A stretch of 61,675 nucleotides of DNA, counting the filler, from Thelocarpon superellum (lineage: Eukaryota), in the NCBI GenBank assembly GCA_026025795.1. It is 4 parts of 4 records of this genome, joined end to end, with 100 filler letters (N's around TTAATTAATTAA, not from the genome) between each part and the next. Parts side by side here need not be neighbours in the genome. Positions count along the whole stretch, not along the records: positions 46,491 to 61,675 come from JAPEUG010000413.1; 3 more parts are not named here. The stretch is one strand, 5' to 3'. A model generated the notes under the pieces. It was not told the origin of the DNA. It saw only the letters and a list, made by a program, of their open reading frames with translations, and searched no databases. The stretch's first letter is position 1; each line of letters starts with the position of its first letter. A program made the translations under genes and the position numbers. Below are positions 61,234 through 61,675 of this stretch, piece by piece.

Positions 61234-61675
61234 CCTTGGACGCGTGCGGCGTGGATGGGGTTGCGTGTGCTTTCGTGCAGGGAAATCTCCGTACGAGAGG
61301 CGGTGTACCCGCGACGTGGAATTCGTCCGTCTGGATGGCCAAATGCAGCGGAAACGCCGGTGAAGCCTCGTACTCGTACCTTGTCAATCATGGCCGGATG
61401 AATGGGCGCAGTCGTGCCGACGAGTCATTGCTGGGGTCGTGGTGGGCGCACACCGCCACATACCCGGCATGACAATGGGAAGACGGAAGCATGCCAACGC
61501 CCCACGTCCTGCAGGTCGGCGTCGTAAGTGTCAAGGCACGCCCGGCATCACCACCACGTGTTTCGGGGCGGAATGGACCAAGGACAAGAAAGCCATTTGG
61601 GCCGGAAGGAAACACGAGAGCCACTTCGGGATCGGCGGGTCCCGCTTGGCACCCCGGGCCGTGGGTCCCCGAACC

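Overview
The window is GC-rich DNA from a filamentous ascomycete (Pezizomycotina-type genes with short GT-AG introns and CTRAY branch sites). It is not one locus: four sequence blocks (15628, 15289, 15273 and 15185 nt, in decreasing length order) are joined by an identical artificial 100-nt linker (N44-TTAATTAATTAA-N44), and genes are cut at the junctions. Block 1 holds an intron-containing tRNA-Gly(GCC), an ACAD10/sEH-N-like HAD hydrolase ending in SKL, RPL5, an Mhp1-like LRR protein and a secreted CE1 esterase. Block 2 holds an F-box protein (partial), a Lag1/Lac1 ceramide synthase, Vps38/UVRAG, an unusually long Mhr1/mL67, Utp8 (with a GC-AG intron) and Elg1 (partial). Block 3 holds a CorA-like protein lacking GMN, ARF1, a GPI-anchored Cu-only SOD, a DUF3405 protein and a homolog of the fungal luciferase (Luz/DUF5519) family. 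Block 4 holds two convergent Nudix hydrolases, a RING protein, an Est1/SMG7-like protein with an N-terminal C2H2 finger, and ALG5. I found no transposon, CRISPR array, rRNA or biosynthetic gene cluster, and no convincing multi-gene novel system. The best leads are single genes: the orphan Luz-like gene, the Mhr1 coiled-coil insertion, the tail-to-tail Nudix pair and the peroxisome-tagged stand-alone HAD domain. Family assignments come from motif recognition by eye, not database searches.
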